Below, one piece after another: positions 9,439 through 19,368 of a stretch of 64,000 nucleotides of DNA. The notes under the pieces were generated by a model. That model searched no databases and had not been told where the DNA came from. It saw only the letters and a program-made list of their open reading frames with translations. The position numbers were made by a program, and so were the translations under genes. Each line of letters begins with the position of its first letter. Within the stretch, counting starts at the first letter, position 1. The stretch is from Tepidisphaerales bacterium (GTDB taxonomy: Bacteria; Planctomycetota; Phycisphaerae; Tepidisphaerales; Tepidisphaeraceae), in contig JBBROD010000001.1 of assembly GCA_038229715.1 (NCBI GenBank), positions 10,011 to 74,010 of the forward strand. Direction: 5' to 3'.

Positions 9439-12400
9439 ATGTCCCGACTCATCCAAATCCTGACCAGCACCGACCGCGACGTGCGCGACACGCCGATCGA
9501 AGTGGCGCTTCGCGGCATGACTGCCCATCAACTGCTGGCCGAGGCCGGGGCGCTCGATCAGTTCCGCCGCACGACGTCCAACTTATACGACCGCGTGCGG
9601 GCGCTGCTGTTTCTGTACGCGATCCACCGCTTCTTCCTGCCGAGCGCAGCCGGCTATCCGCAGACCGGATCGCTGCCGTACGCGGGCGCGCAGCACTTAC
9701 TGGCGCGCCGCTTCGATGAAGCGATCGACACGTTTCTTCACGCTGCCGCGGTTCAGGGAGATAGCGATCCGCTGAGTTCGTGTCTGGCGTCGGCGTATAA
9801 GGAACTGGCTTTTCAGACGCTGGCAAATCAGGTCCGGCGTAGCGTGCGCAGCGTGCGCGGGAACCAGTGGATGTTCCGCATCGGTCACCCGGCCGATCAT
9901 CCGTTGCGAATCCGCCCTGAACTGCTTCGCCGCGACGGCGACGGGCTGTTCCCTACGCTGTCAGAAAAAACGCCGGTGCGCATGGACCTCACGCACAGCG
10001 GCTGGTCGGACATTTTCTTCCTCGGGATGGATTTCCCCGAAGGCGCGCGGGTGCTGAATGTCTCGATCGACTTAGCCGTCCACGGGCGCGATCCCGAGCC
10101 CAAGCCGCCGGTGGAGGCGTACGTTCGCGTCATCGACGAACCGTTGCTGCGGCTGGTGAGCGTTGACCTCGCGGCGCGGGCGGACATTACAGAACTGGCC
10201 GATGTGTTTGATTTCGGCAAGGATTATTTAGGCTTGCTAAAGGCCGCCGTCATCGCCGCGGGGATCATCCCGCCGGGGATTGGAGGCTCAGGCGCCTCGC
10301 TGGCGGAGGTGCTGTCGCAGTTGATCGGGCCGGGGCTGGGGCTCGAGATTGTCAGCAGCGTCAACAACATTCCCAAAGGCTCGCGGCTGGCCGTGTCAAC
10401 GAACCTGCTCGGGTCACTCATCAGCGCGCTGATGCGCGCCACGGGGCAGGCGCGGAACCTTAGCGGCGCGCTCGATGAATCCGAACGCCGGATCATCGCC
10501 GCCCGCGCGATCCTCGGCGAGTGGATCGGTGGCAGCGGCGGGGGATGGCAGGATTCGGGCGGCATTTGGCCGGGCATGAAGGTTATCAGCGGATCGCTCG
10601 CCGGCGAAGGCGACCCCGAAGCAGGCATTTCCCGTGGCCGGCTGCTGCCCACGCACCGCGTGCTCGATCGCAGCGACGCCAGCGACGACACCCGCCAAAA
10701 ATTGCAGGACAGCCTCGTCCTCGTCCACGGCGGGATGGCGCAAAACGTCGGGCCGATCCTGGAAATGGTGACCGAGAAATACCTGCTCCGCAGCGACAAA
10801 GAATGGGCCGGCCGCAAGCAGGCGATCGGCATTCTCGACCAAATTCTCGATTGCCTAAAGCAGGGCGACATACGCGCCATCGCCGAAGCCACCACGCGGA
10901 ATTTCCGCGAGCCGATCCAGACGATCATCCCTTGGGCCAGCAACCGCTACACGGAATTGTTGATCGAAGGCACGCAAAAACAGTTCGGCGAAGATTTTTG
11001 GGGCTTCTGGATGCTCGGCGGGATGAGCGGCGGGGGCATGGGCTTCATCGTCGCGCCGCACCGTAAGGCCGAGGCGCAGGCGTTTTTGCAGAAGCTGATG
11101 AGCGATACGAAAAAATCGCTGCAGTCGGCGCTACCGTTCGCGATGGAGCCGGTGGTGTACGATTTTGCGATCAATGAGCGCGGCACGTTCGCCACGCTGA
11201 TGGAAGGCGATTCCAATCTGCTGCCCGCATCGTACTACGCGTTTATGGGTCCGGCGTGGGCGCGGACCGATCCGCGACAATTGACCGTGCAGCGTCGCGC
11301 TGAACTCAACCGCTTCGCCAGCGCTTGCCGCAATCGCCCGGAGTTGGCGGGCATGGTCGAAACGTTATTCGACCGCCTCTTCCCGCAGCAAACGCGCACC
11401 GATGCCAAGGGCAAATCGCTGCAAGGTTTGCTCGGCGAACTTGGGTTCGATCGCACGCAGCACGAGCAGATTCGCGACGATCTACGGGCCGGGCGGATCG
11501 GGCTTTCACAAAACCGCCTGCCGGCCTCGACAACGATCGAGAACGTCGAGCCCGGCGATGTCATCGATGCGCGCGGCGAAGACGCCGAGGCAAATCAGAT
11601 CGGCCTGCGATCGCTCCGCAACGGCGAGGTGGCGGTTTTCACTCTCGCCGCGGGCGCGGGATCGCGATGGACCCAAGGCGCGGGCGTGGTGAAAGCCCTT
11701 CACCCGTTCTGCAAGCTCGGCGGGAGGCATCGCAGCTTTATTGAAGTACACTTGGCCAAATCGCGGCGCGTCGGGAAACTCACAGGCGTTGCGCCCGCGC
11801 ATCTGATTGCCACCAGTTACCTCACGCATGAGTCGATCGCCGGCGCGATTGCAAAGATGGGTTACGCCGGCCCGCTCATGCTTTCGCCGGGCAAGTCGAT
11901 CGGGCTGCGCATGATTCCGACGATCCGCGATTTGCGGTTCGCGTGGGAAGAAACCGCGCACATGGCGCTCGATGAGCAGAAGCAGCGGATGCGTGAGAGC
12001 ATCCAGGCCGCGTTGATCAAATGGGCCGGCGACAGCGGCGAATCCGGCGACTACACCGACAATCTCCCGCAGCAGTGCCTGCATCCGGTCGGGCATTTTT
12101 TCGAGCTGCCGAACTTGTTCCGCAACGGCGTGCTGGCGGGGCTGCTGAAAGAGCGGCCGAACCTGAAGTATCTGATGCTGCACAACATTGATACGGTCGG
12201 CGCTGATCCCGATCCGACGATGCTCGGCCGGCACATTCGGCAAGGCGCGTGCCTGAGTTTTGAAGTCATCACGCGACGGTTAGAAGACCGCGGCGGCGGG
12301 CTAGCGCGCGTGAACGGCCGGCCGCGGCTGGTGGAAGGGCTCGCCATGCCGCGCGAGGAGCAGGAGTTCAACCTCAGCTACTACAACTCGATGACGACGT

Positions 12401-12747
12401 GGATCGATCTCGATCGCCTGCTGCAGGTGATGGGGCTCAGCCGGGCCGATCTGGCGGATGACGCGAAGGTCGCCGAGGCGATCCGCTCGTTGGCCAACCG
12501 CGTGCCGACGTACATCACGCTCAAAGACGTAAAAAAACGCTGGGGTTTCGGCCAGGAAGACGTGCTGCCCGTCAGCCAGTTCGAAAAACTCTGGAGCGAC
12601 TTGAGCGCCCTGCCCGACATCGACACCGCCTACTTCGTCGTCCCACGCTTTCGAGGCCAACAACTCAAAGAACAATCCCAACTCGACGGCTGGCTCCGCG
12701 ACGGATCGGCCGCGAAGGTGGAATCGCTTTGCGAGTTTGAAGCTTGA
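9439..12747 (+). CDS. large fusion protein: unknown N-terminal region, then a fucokinase-like GHMP-kinase module, then a UDPGP-family NDP-sugar pyrophosphorylase module
   Basis: 1102-aa ORF. GHMP-like motifs are [32 protein letters not shown] and [13 protein letters not shown]. The C-terminal part has [14 protein letters not shown] and [15 protein letters not shown], which are typical of UDPGP-type pyrophosphorylases. Confidence 0.65.
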   Translation: MSRLIQILTSTDRDVRDTPIEVALRGMTAHQLLAEAGALDQFRRTTSNLYDRVRALLFLYAIHRFFLPSAAGYPQTGSLPYAGAQHLLARRFDEAIDTFLHAAAVQGDSDPLSSCLASAYKELAFQTLANQVRRSVRSVRGNQWMFRIGHPADHPLRIRPELLRRDGDGLFPTLSEKTPVRMDLTHSGWSDIFFLGMDFPEGARVLNVSIDLAVHGRDPEPKPPVEAYVRVIDEPLLRLVSVDLAARADITELADVFDFGKDYLGLLKAAVIAAGIIPPGIGGSGASLAEVLSQLIGPGLGLEIVSSVNNIPKGSRLAVSTNLLGSLISALMRATGQARNLSGALDESERRIIAARAILGEWIGGSGGGWQDSGGIWPGMKVISGSLAGEGDPEAGISRGRLLPTHRVLDRSDASDDTRQKLQDSLVLVHGGMAQNVGPILEMVTEKYLLRSDKEWAGRKQAIGILDQILDCLKQGDIRAIAEATTRNFREPIQTIIPWASNRYTELLIEGTQKQFGEDFWGFWMLGGMSGGGMGFIVAPHRKAEAQAFLQKLMSDTKKSLQSALPFAMEPVVYDFAINERGTFATLMEGDSNLLPASYYAFMGPAWARTDPRQLTVQRRAELNRFASACRNRPELAGMVETLFDRLFPQQTRTDAKGKSLQGLLGELGFDRTQHEQIRDDLRAGRIGLSQNRLPASTTIENVEPGDVIDARGEDAEANQIGLRSLRNGEVAVFTLAAGAGSRWTQGAGVVKALHPFCKLGGRHRSFIEVHLAKSRRVGKLTGVAPAHLIATSYLTHESIAGAIAKMGYAGPLMLSPGKSIGLRMIPTIRDLRFAWEETAHMALDEQKQRMRESIQAALIKWAGDSGESGDYTDNLPQQCLHPVGHFFELPNLFRNGVLAGLLKERPNLKYLMLHNIDTVGADPDPTMLGRHIRQGACLSFEVITRRLEDRGGGLARVNGRPRLVEGLAMPREEQEFNLSYYNSMTTWIDLDRLLQVMGLSRADLADDAKVAEAIRSLANRVPTYITLKDVKKRWGFGQEDVLPVSQFEKLWSDLSALPDIDTAYFVVPRFRGQQLKEQSQLDGWLRDGSAAKVESLCEFEA

Positions 12748-12768
12748 TTCTACTTTTAAGAAGTGATG

Positions 12769-12840
12769 AACCACGGAGGCACGGAGACACGGAGAAGAAA
12801 TTAATTCTTTACTTCTCCGTGTCTCCGTGCCTCCGTGGTT
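12769..12840. repeat. hairpin of CGGAG/CTCCGTG words (AACCACGGAGGCACGGAGACACGGAGAAG ... CTTCTCCGTGTCTCCGTGCCTCCGTGGTT) between convergent genes
   Basis: Near-perfect inverted repeat read directly. Confidence 0.85.
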
Positions 12841-12851
12841 TAATTTTCACT

Positions 12852-14792
12852 TTATGGGATGAGCTGGCGATCTTTCAGCATCGCCAGAATGCGCTCGACG
12901 CTCTGTTCCACTGACAATTCGTGCGTCTTCAAAACCAAATCCGACTTGGTCGGCGGTTCAAAGACGGAACTAACGCCTGGGAACTGCGACATTTTCCCCT
13001 CGTCCGCACGCTTATACGCGCCGGTGGAATCGCGCAGGCGGCAGATGTCGATCGGGGCGTCGAGGAACACTTCGATAAACCGGTCGCTGCCGATCACTTC
13101 GCGGGCTTTGGTGCGAACGGCCTCATGCGGGGCGACGAATGCGCAGATGCACAATTGCCCGGCGTCGTTCAGAATCTTCGCCACTTCCGAACTGCGGCGG
13201 AGGTTTTCGGATCGGTCGTCGGCGGTGAAACCCAAGTCGCGGCAAAGCCCCTGACGCATGTCCGGCCCGTACAGCACGGTGACGGCTCGGCCGGCGTCCC
13301 AGAGACGCTTCTCCAACTCGTAGGCGATCGTCGCCTTACCCGATCCGGTCAGGCCGTACAGCAGGACGGTGGCGCCTTTTTGGCTGAATCGCTTCTCCCG
13401 GTCGGCGGGCGTGATTTTACTCGCCTTCTGCTTCAGTTTGCCGGCGACCGGCGTTTTGCCCCATAGATCGCCTTGCCCGCGACGGTCCGAGCTTTCCACG
13501 ATCATGCCCGCGCCCACCGTCACGTTCGTGATGCGGTCAATGATGATGAATGCGCCCGTCGCCGCGTTGGCCTTGTACGGGTCGAATGCGATCGGCTGAC
13601 TCAGACTCAGCAGCACCTGGCCGACTTCGTTCATCGCCAGTTGGGTTACTTCGCGCTTCTCCAGCGTGTTGACGTCGATTCCGCCGCGAAATTCCGCCAC
13701 CTCGCCGGTGACCAGGCGCGTAGTGTGTTTGATCCAGTACGTTCGACCTGCGACGAACGGCTTCTCGCTCATCCAGACGATGCTGGCCTCCACCTGGGAT
13801 GAGATGTGCGGTTCGTTGCCCGGATGCACCAGCATATCGCCGCGCGAGACGTCAATTTCGTCTTCCAGTGTTATGGTCACCGCCTGCGGGCTGAAGGCTT
13901 CTTCGATCTCGCCCTCGTACGTGACGATCGATTTCACCTTGCTCTTCTTGCCCGACGGCAACGCCATGATGGGGTCGCCTTTCCGGACGATCCCCGACGC
14001 GAGCGTGCCGGCGAACCCGCGGAAGTTCAGGTCGGGTCGCATCACGTACTGCACGGGCAGGCGCATGTCTTCCAGATTGCGGTCGGACGCGATGTGTACG
14101 ATTTCCAGATGTTGCAGCAGCGACGGGCCGTAGTACCAAGGCATCTTTTCGCTGCGTTCGACGACGTTGTCGCCTTTAAGAGCGCTCAACGGAATAAACC
14201 GCACGTCAGGAATACCGAGCTTGGCGACGAAGCCGGCGTAGTCTTCAACGATCTCGTCGAACTTCTGCTGCGAGAACTCGACCAAGTCCATCTTGTTGAT
14301 GGCAACGACGATGTGCTTGATCCCAAGCAGCGACACGATAAACGAGTGCCTTCGGGTTTGCGAAACCACGCCATGCCGGGCGTCGATCAGGATGATCGCC
14401 AGTTGGCAGGTGCTTGCGCCGGTGGCCATGTTGCGGGTGTACTGCTCATGGCCGGGCGTGTCGGCGATGATGAACTTGCGCTTGTCGGTGCTGAAGTAGC
14501 GGTACGCGACATCAATAGTAATGCCTTGCTCGCGCTCGGCCTTCAGGCCGTCGGTCAGCAACGCCAGATCGACTTCACCCGCACCGGTCGTGCCGTGCTT
14601 GGTGCTGTCTCTTTTGACAGCCGCCAGTTGGTCTTCGTAGATGCCTTTTGTGTCGTGCAGCAGCCGGCCGATGAGTGTGGATTTTCCGTCATCAACGCTG
14701 CCGCAGGTCAAGAAGCGCAGCAACTCCTTACGCTGATGGCGATCGAGGTAAGTGCTGATGTCTTCGTTTTCGAGGGCCGAGTCAGTGATCAT
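12852..14792 (-). CDS. cysNC: bifunctional sulfate adenylyltransferase subunit 1 / adenylylsulfate kinase
   Basis: 646 aa. The GTPase G1 motif is [15 protein letters not shown]. The C-terminal APS-kinase P-loop is [13 protein letters not shown]. Confidence 0.95.
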   Translation of the reverse strand: MITDSALENEDISTYLDRHQRKELLRFLTCGSVDDGKSTLIGRLLHDTKGIYEDQLAAVKRDSTKHGTTGAGEVDLALLTDGLKAEREQGITIDVAYRYFSTDKRKFIIADTPGHEQYTRNMATGASTCQLAIILIDARHGVVSQTRRHSFIVSLLGIKHIVVAINKMDLVEFSQQKFDEIVEDYAGFVAKLGIPDVRFIPLSALKGDNVVERSEKMPWYYGPSLLQHLEIVHIASDRNLEDMRLPVQYVMRPDLNFRGFAGTLASGIVRKGDPIMALPSGKKSKVKSIVTYEGEIEEAFSPQAVTITLEDEIDVSRGDMLVHPGNEPHISSQVEASIVWMSEKPFVAGRTYWIKHTTRLVTGEVAEFRGGIDVNTLEKREVTQLAMNEVGQVLLSLSQPIAFDPYKANAATGAFIIIDRITNVTVGAGMIVESSDRRGQGDLWGKTPVAGKLKQKASKITPADREKRFSQKGATVLLYGLTGSGKATIAYELEKRLWDAGRAVTVLYGPDMRQGLCRDLGFTADDRSENLRRSSEVAKILNDAGQLCICAFVAPHEAVRTKAREVIGSDRFIEVFLDAPIDICRLRDSTGAYKRADEGKMSQFPGVSSVFEPPTKSDLVLKTHELSVEQSVERILAMLKDRQLIP

Positions 14793-15706
14793 TAGAAATA
14801 GCCCTCACGTTTCTTCTGCTCCATCGAGCCGGCTTCGTCGTAGTCGATCAGGCGGCCCTGTCGTTCGCTGCGGCGGGCGATCAGTGTTTCCGCAATAATC
14901 TGTTGAACGGTGGCTGCATCGCTTTCGATTCCCGCCGTCAGAGGGTAGTCGCCGAGGGTGCGGAATCGAACTTTCCTGGTGACCGTTTTTTCGCCCGGCT
15001 CCAGCCGCATGCGGTCATCGTCGACCACGATCCACTGTCCGCTGCGGGTGACGCAAGGGCGCTCCTTGGCGAAATACAGGGGCGGCAGGGGAATGTTCTC
15101 GCGATCGATGTACAGCCACACGTCCAGTTCCGTCCAGTTGCTGAGCGGAAACACGCGGATGCTTTCCCCGGGACTGACCTTGCCGTTGTACAGGTTCCAC
15201 AGTTCGGGGCGCTGATTCTTTGGATCCCATTGCATCAGCTTGTCGCGAAAGCTGTAGACCCGTTCTTTAGCGCGGGCCTTTTCCTCGTCGCGCCGTGCTC
15301 CACCAAATGCCGCATCGTATTTGCCATTTTTGAGAGCTTGAACCAACGCTTGTGTCTGCATGAAAGCGCTGTACTTGGGCGTGGGATAGTCAAACGGATT
15401 CACGCCCTGGGCGACGGCATCTTCGTTGGTATAGACGCTGAGGTTCAGGTCGTGCTCTTTGCAGTACCAGTCGCGGAAGTCGAGCAATTCGCGGAAGTCC
15501 CACGTCGTCGCAATATGCAGCAGCGGAAATGGCACGCGACCTGGAGCAAACGCCTTGCGCGCCAGATGCACAAGGCACATCGAGTCCTTCCCGCCGGAAT
15601 ACAGCAGCACCGGGTTTTCAAACTCCGCCGCCACCTCGCGGATGATGTAGATGCTCTCGGCTTCGAGCTGCTTGAGATGGGTCAGACTGTAATTCTTCAT
15701 CGACAT
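14792..15706 (-). CDS. cysD: sulfate adenylyltransferase subunit 2
   Basis: The likely start is ATG at 15706 ([25 protein letters not shown]...). It has a PAPS-reductase-like fold motif, LYSGGKDS. Its stop overlaps the cysNC start (TAATG). Confidence 0.95.
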   Translation of the reverse strand: MSMKNYSLTHLKQLEAESIYIIREVAAEFENPVLLYSGGKDSMCLVHLARKAFAPGRVPFPLLHIATTWDFRELLDFRDWYCKEHDLNLSVYTNEDAVAQGVNPFDYPTPKYSAFMQTQALVQALKNGKYDAAFGGARRDEEKARAKERVYSFRDKLMQWDPKNQRPELWNLYNGKVSPGESIRVFPLSNWTELDVWLYIDRENIPLPPLYFAKERPCVTRSGQWIVVDDDRMRLEPGEKTVTRKVRFRTLGDYPLTAGIESDAATVQQIIAETLIARRSERQGRLIDYDEAGSMEQKKREGYF

Positions 15707-15990
15707 TCCGATTTCCTGCCAATCCGAGGGATTTCGTTGGCGAGTCGAACAGATTAGCGGAAGCTGCGATAGCGGGAAAGTGGATTCAGTCAAAACCTGA
15801 CGCCAGAGCAGGTTTTGGAACAAAATTGCACACAACGTTCAGGCCTGCCATCGGTTATGATGGGACGGCCGGACCGAAAACGCCCAACGGCAGTGAAGTA
15901 TAGCACGCCGGGCACCGCCGGTGACCGCTCAGGGGATCATGCGGGTGGTCTTGGATGAATCTGGCGGATGTTGACTGAAAGGGCGACAAC

Positions 15991-16578
15991 ATGAACAAAA
16001 CGAATCCCAGCGTGGACGGAATCATCCGCAAATCCAAGGAGTGGCAGGAGGAACTGCAATTGCTCCGAAAATTTCTGCTCGAATCCCCACTGATGGAGGA
16101 AGTGAAGTGGCGCGCGCCGTGCTATACGTTAGACGGGAAGAACGTCGCGTTCATCGGGCGATTCAAGGATTCCTGCGCGTTAAGCTTCATCAAAGGCGCG
16201 TTGATGAAGGACCCGAAGCACATCCTCATCCAGCAAACGGAAAACTCGCAGTCGGTTCGCATCTTGAAGTTCACCAGTGTTCAGGAAATCGCCCGATTGG
16301 AGCCGGTGTTGCGGGCCTACATCACCGAAGCTGTCGAAGTCGAAAAGGCCGGACTGAAAGTGAAGTTCAAGAAGGTTGCAGAATTCAAAGTGCCCGATGA
16401 GTTCAAAGCCAAAATGGAAGAGAATCCGGCCTTGAAGAAAGCCTTCCAAGCGTTAACCCCCGGCCGGCAGCGGGCATACCTGCTCTACTTCGCCGGTGCC
16501 AAGCAATCGGCCACGCGTGTGTCGCGGGTTGAGAAATACAGCAAGCAAATCCTCAATGGAAAGGGAATCGATGATTAG
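15991..16578 (+). CDS. YdeI/OmpD-associated family protein (DUF1801-like N-terminus)
   Basis: 195 aa. The C-terminal segment LTPGRQRAYLLYFAGAKQSATRVSRVEKYSKQILNGKG is typical of this family. Confidence 0.7.
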   Translation: MNKTNPSVDGIIRKSKEWQEELQLLRKFLLESPLMEEVKWRAPCYTLDGKNVAFIGRFKDSCALSFIKGALMKDPKHILIQQTENSQSVRILKFTSVQEIARLEPVLRAYITEAVEVEKAGLKVKFKKVAEFKVPDEFKAKMEENPALKKAFQALTPGRQRAYLLYFAGAKQSATRVSRVEKYSKQILNGKGIDD

Positions 16579-16777
16579 CGCCGCTACCGAACGAAAGATC
16601 TTTCGCTGGGTTCACATCGTCCTGGCGGTCCCGATCGCCGGTTACGTTTACAGCCCGTTCGCCAGCCTCCCTGAATACGCCGGACCGACGCGGTTTGTCT
16701 TCTTCCCGTCGATTGTCGTGACGGGTTTGTGGATGTGGAAGGGCCACTGGGTTAAACGGCTATTTGGCAGGAAGTAA
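16571..16777 (+). CDS. small hypothetical membrane protein (68 aa)
   Basis: ATG at 16571 overlaps the stop of the upstream gene (ATGATTAG). There are two hydrophobic segments (WVHIVLAVPIAGYVY and FVFFPSIVVTGLWMW). Confidence 0.4.
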   Translation: MISAATERKIFRWVHIVLAVPIAGYVYSPFASLPEYAGPTRFVFFPSIVVTGLWMWKGHWVKRLFGRK

Positions 16778-16877
16778 GATTCAACCGGCTGGGAAAGTGA
16801 GTTAGGGGAGAATGCAACTCTGAAAGATCGAGCCACCGAAAACTCTCGGAAACACTTGCGTTATCCGAGGAGTGCTT

Positions 16878-16924
16878 AAGCGAGGACGACGCGACTCGAA
16901 CCCGCAACATCCGGATCGCCAGGC
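16878..16924 (-). repeat. duplicated 3' portion of tRNA-Asp (3' end through the anticodon stem); att-like direct repeat
   Basis: AAGCGAGGACGACGCGACTCGAACCCGCAACATCCGGATCGCCAGGC aligns with 19089-19135, with 3 mismatches over 47 nt, in the same orientation. Confidence 0.75.
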
Positions 16925-17417
16925 AAGCCAAACCCGCCTTTGAAATCCTATGGAAGTCGCGATGAGGCAATATTTTAGCAGTTGCCGGAAGGTGTCACAA
17001 CTGAATTTAATGTGATGCCGCTTATCGCGTGGGATCGCAGTATTCGTCCGGTGAAGACGGTAGAAAGCGGTTTGATGGAATACACCTTTACTGCCTTGTG
17101 TTCACAGGTTTGACCGTCTTGCCACAATGAGGCCAACGCAACGATAGCAACGAACGTTTTATGGTCATTTTGCAATTTTGATCGAGGTTCTTGGTGCATG
17201 CACTAAAGCCATTGGAGGCTATTACCCGATGCGCTTATGGCCCTGCTACAGCCTCTGCCCGATGGCGAACTGGACGCCTATTAAGTCGGGGCGACGGTGG
17301 GCAGCCTAAAGAATCAGGGGCCAGAGCTGATGACGCCGGTTTGATGTTAAACAATCTAACGCGCAATAAAAAAAAGACCTTGGCCGAGAGCGGGTGTTGA
17401 TCACTACCTTCTCGCCT

Positions 17418-18620
17418 ATGCTCCGCGTCCTGTTCCTAGATATGAACTCGTTCTTTGCGTCGGTGGAGCAGGAGCTACAGCCCGAGCTGCGCGGCCGGCC
17501 GGTAGCTGTCGCCGCCGTGAACGTTCCCACCGGCTGCTGTATCGCCTCCAGCTACGAAGCCAAGGCGTTCGGCGTGAAGACCGGGGTATCGGTGGCCGAG
17601 GCCCGGATGCTTTGCCGAGGTATTCGGATCGTCGAAGCCCGGCCGATCGAGTACGTCAGGTGTCACCATGCCATTGTCGACGCTGTCCAATCCTGCCTGC
17701 CGATTTCGGCGGTGCATTCGATCGACGAGATGTCGTGCCGGCTGATGGACAATGAACGCGACCGCATTCCCGACCTCGCCCGCCGGCTCAAACAGGCCAT
17801 CCGCGACCAAGCGGGCTCGTCGCTGCGGTGTTCGATCGGTGTGGCACCCAACCGCTTGCTGGCCAAGATCGCGGGGGACATGCAGAAGCCGGACGGGTTG
17901 ACCGTCTGGAACGAAGAGCACCTACCCCACTCGCTCTACCCCTTGGAGCTGACTGACCTTCCGGGTATCGCCAGCCGCATGCAGGTGCGATTGAACGCCA
18001 CGGGCATCAAGACGGTGGAGCAACTCTGCACTGCACCCGAGAAGATGTTAGAAACGGCGTGGGGCGGCGTAGTTGGTCGATGGTGGTACCGATGGCTCAG
18101 AGGGGAAGATTGGCGGGAGCCACCGACCCGCCGTCGAACGGTAGGGCATTCCCACGTCTTGCCGCCAGCATTGCGTACTCACGAAGCGACTTACGCAGTG
18201 ATCGTCAAGCTGATCGCCAAGGCGGCCACACGGATGCGGCGGATCGGCTACTCCGCAGACCGGTTGACGGTCGGAGTTGATTACCTGGGCGGCGGGGGTT
18301 GGTCCCACGAGTGCCGATTTCTCGGTTGCCAGGACACGCTCACGATGGTGTCGGCATTTACCGCGTCGTGGCCCAGCCGACTGGTTGGCTTGCCGCTTCG
18401 GGTGTCTGCCACGCTGCATAAACTATCATCCGCTGCGTCAATGCCCGGGCCGCTGTTTCCGGGTGAGGCCAACCGCGTCAAGCTGTCGATGGCGTTGGAC
18501 CGGATCAACGAGCGGTGGGGAAAGGATGTGGTCCACGTCGGCGTTACGCATGACGTTATGGCAGCCGCACCGACGCGGATCTCGTTCACGCAGATTCCTG
18601 ATCTGGCTAGGGACTTTTGA
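17418..18620 (+). CDS. Y-family DNA polymerase (DinB/UmuC-like, catalytic residues present)
   Basis: The likely start is ATG at 17418. The segment MLRVLFLDMNSFFASVEQ carries the catalytic D and the FF..VE motif. SIDEM is the catalytic DE pair. LAKIAGDMQKPDG is also present. Confidence 0.85.
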   Translation: MLRVLFLDMNSFFASVEQELQPELRGRPVAVAAVNVPTGCCIASSYEAKAFGVKTGVSVAEARMLCRGIRIVEARPIEYVRCHHAIVDAVQSCLPISAVHSIDEMSCRLMDNERDRIPDLARRLKQAIRDQAGSSLRCSIGVAPNRLLAKIAGDMQKPDGLTVWNEEHLPHSLYPLELTDLPGIASRMQVRLNATGIKTVEQLCTAPEKMLETAWGGVVGRWWYRWLRGEDWREPPTRRRTVGHSHVLPPALRTHEATYAVIVKLIAKAATRMRRIGYSADRLTVGVDYLGGGGWSHECRFLGCQDTLTMVSAFTASWPSRLVGLPLRVSATLHKLSSAASMPGPLFPGEANRVKLSMALDRINERWGKDVVHVGVTHDVMAAAPTRISFTQIPDLARDF

Positions 18621-18723
18621 GGGTGAGTTTAGCGAGACGCTTAGGCGATGCGTGAATGGCCTCTTGCAAGTCGACTCGACACCCCCGCCACCAATCAATG
18701 AATTCGGTCACGTCACTCGCCGG

Positions 18724-19080
18724 TTAACCCTCGTTGTCGCGGTAGTAAGCCTCTGCAAAGTTCAGATACTTCAACACCCACTCGTCGATCAAGAGCGCGG
18801 CATCGCCCAGGCCGGTTTCACTAGAGGTGATCTCGATCAGAGCGGGGCGGCTGGGATCGAATGGAACGCCCGCCGGACGACCCGCAGCAAGCCATTGACC
18901 AAGAAACTGCTCGGCCTTCTGCTCGGCTTCGGGGGATCGATGCATGCCGTAATAGTAGTCGTGACCGCCAAGAGCGATGATGGTCCGGCCCGAGGCCTTA
19001 TGAAGTCGAGAACGGGGGAGACGATGGTTTCGGATGCACTGACTCAAGCGAGGCAGGTATGCAAACTTTGCCTTCGGCAC
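18724..19080 (-). pseudogene. tyrosine integrase, N-terminal ~118-aa fragment only
   Basis: The segments ...RLHKASGRTIIALGGHDYYYGMHRSPEAEQKAEQFLGQWLAAGR...LIDEWVLKYLNFAEAYYRDNEG match the conserved N-terminal region of tRNA-associated planctomycete integrases. The ORF stops before any catalytic domain. Confidence 0.6.
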
Positions 19081-19091
19081 AAGGTATGAAG

Positions 19092-19165
19092 CGAGGACGA
19101 CGGGACTCGAACCCGCAACATCCGGATCGACAGTCCGGTGCTCTAACCAATTGAGCTACGTCCCC
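19092..19165 (-). tRNA. tRNA-Asp (anticodon GTC)
   Basis: 74 nt: GGGGACGTAGCTCAATTGGTTAGAGCACCGGACTGTCGATCCGGATGTTGCGGGTTCGAGTCCCGTCGTCCTCG. It folds by hand into a cloverleaf with a 7-bp acceptor stem, the CTGTCGA anticodon loop, the TTCGAGT T-loop and a G73 discriminator. No CCA is encoded. Confidence 0.9.
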
Positions 19166-19368
19166 AAAGGGGAGCCAAGCAATGTAGCCGGGTCGGTGAA
19201 GTTGTCAAGCCCGGCGGATGTGTCCGCTTGCCGCTTCCGGAGTCGCAGCCGACTCATTCCCAAGCCCGCAAACGAGCGATCAATCCCACTGGTTAAATTG
19301 GAGTCGGGTTGCGATCCGTGGTACACCGGGCGCGTTGGTTTTTGGGGATTTCTGATCGGAAGTACGCC

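Larger units (their letters stand above)
16878..19165 (-). mobile_element. decayed integrative islet inserted at the 3' end of tRNA-Asp (truncated integrase + Y-family polymerase + AT-richer non-coding stretch)
   Basis: A full tRNA-Asp is directly adjacent to an integrase N-terminal fragment, and a partial tRNA 3' duplicate lies 2.2 kb away. The 16925-17417 stretch is visibly AT-richer than its surroundings. Confidence 0.55.

Noticed and set aside
13806-14795. 329-aa ORF antisense to cysNC. Similar antisense ORFs lie at 457-1059, 7720-8415, 19156-20085, 23363-24118, 24113-24748, 26070-26942, 27030-27791, 32942-33715, 35800-36942, 39687-40778, 41307-42624, 45413-46229, 57314-58015 and 59461-60402.
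   Set aside because: All overlap confidently identified genes on the opposite strand. They have the Arg/His/Gly/Asp-rich composition typical of non-coding frames in high-GC sequence.
16975-17199. 74-aa ORF upstream of and divergent from the Y-family polymerase, considered as a possible UmuD/LexA-like S24 peptidase partner
   Set aside because: There is no Ser-Lys dyad context or cleavage-site motif. It lies in AT-rich, non-coding-looking DNA, and no plus-strand frame encodes a UmuD-like product either.
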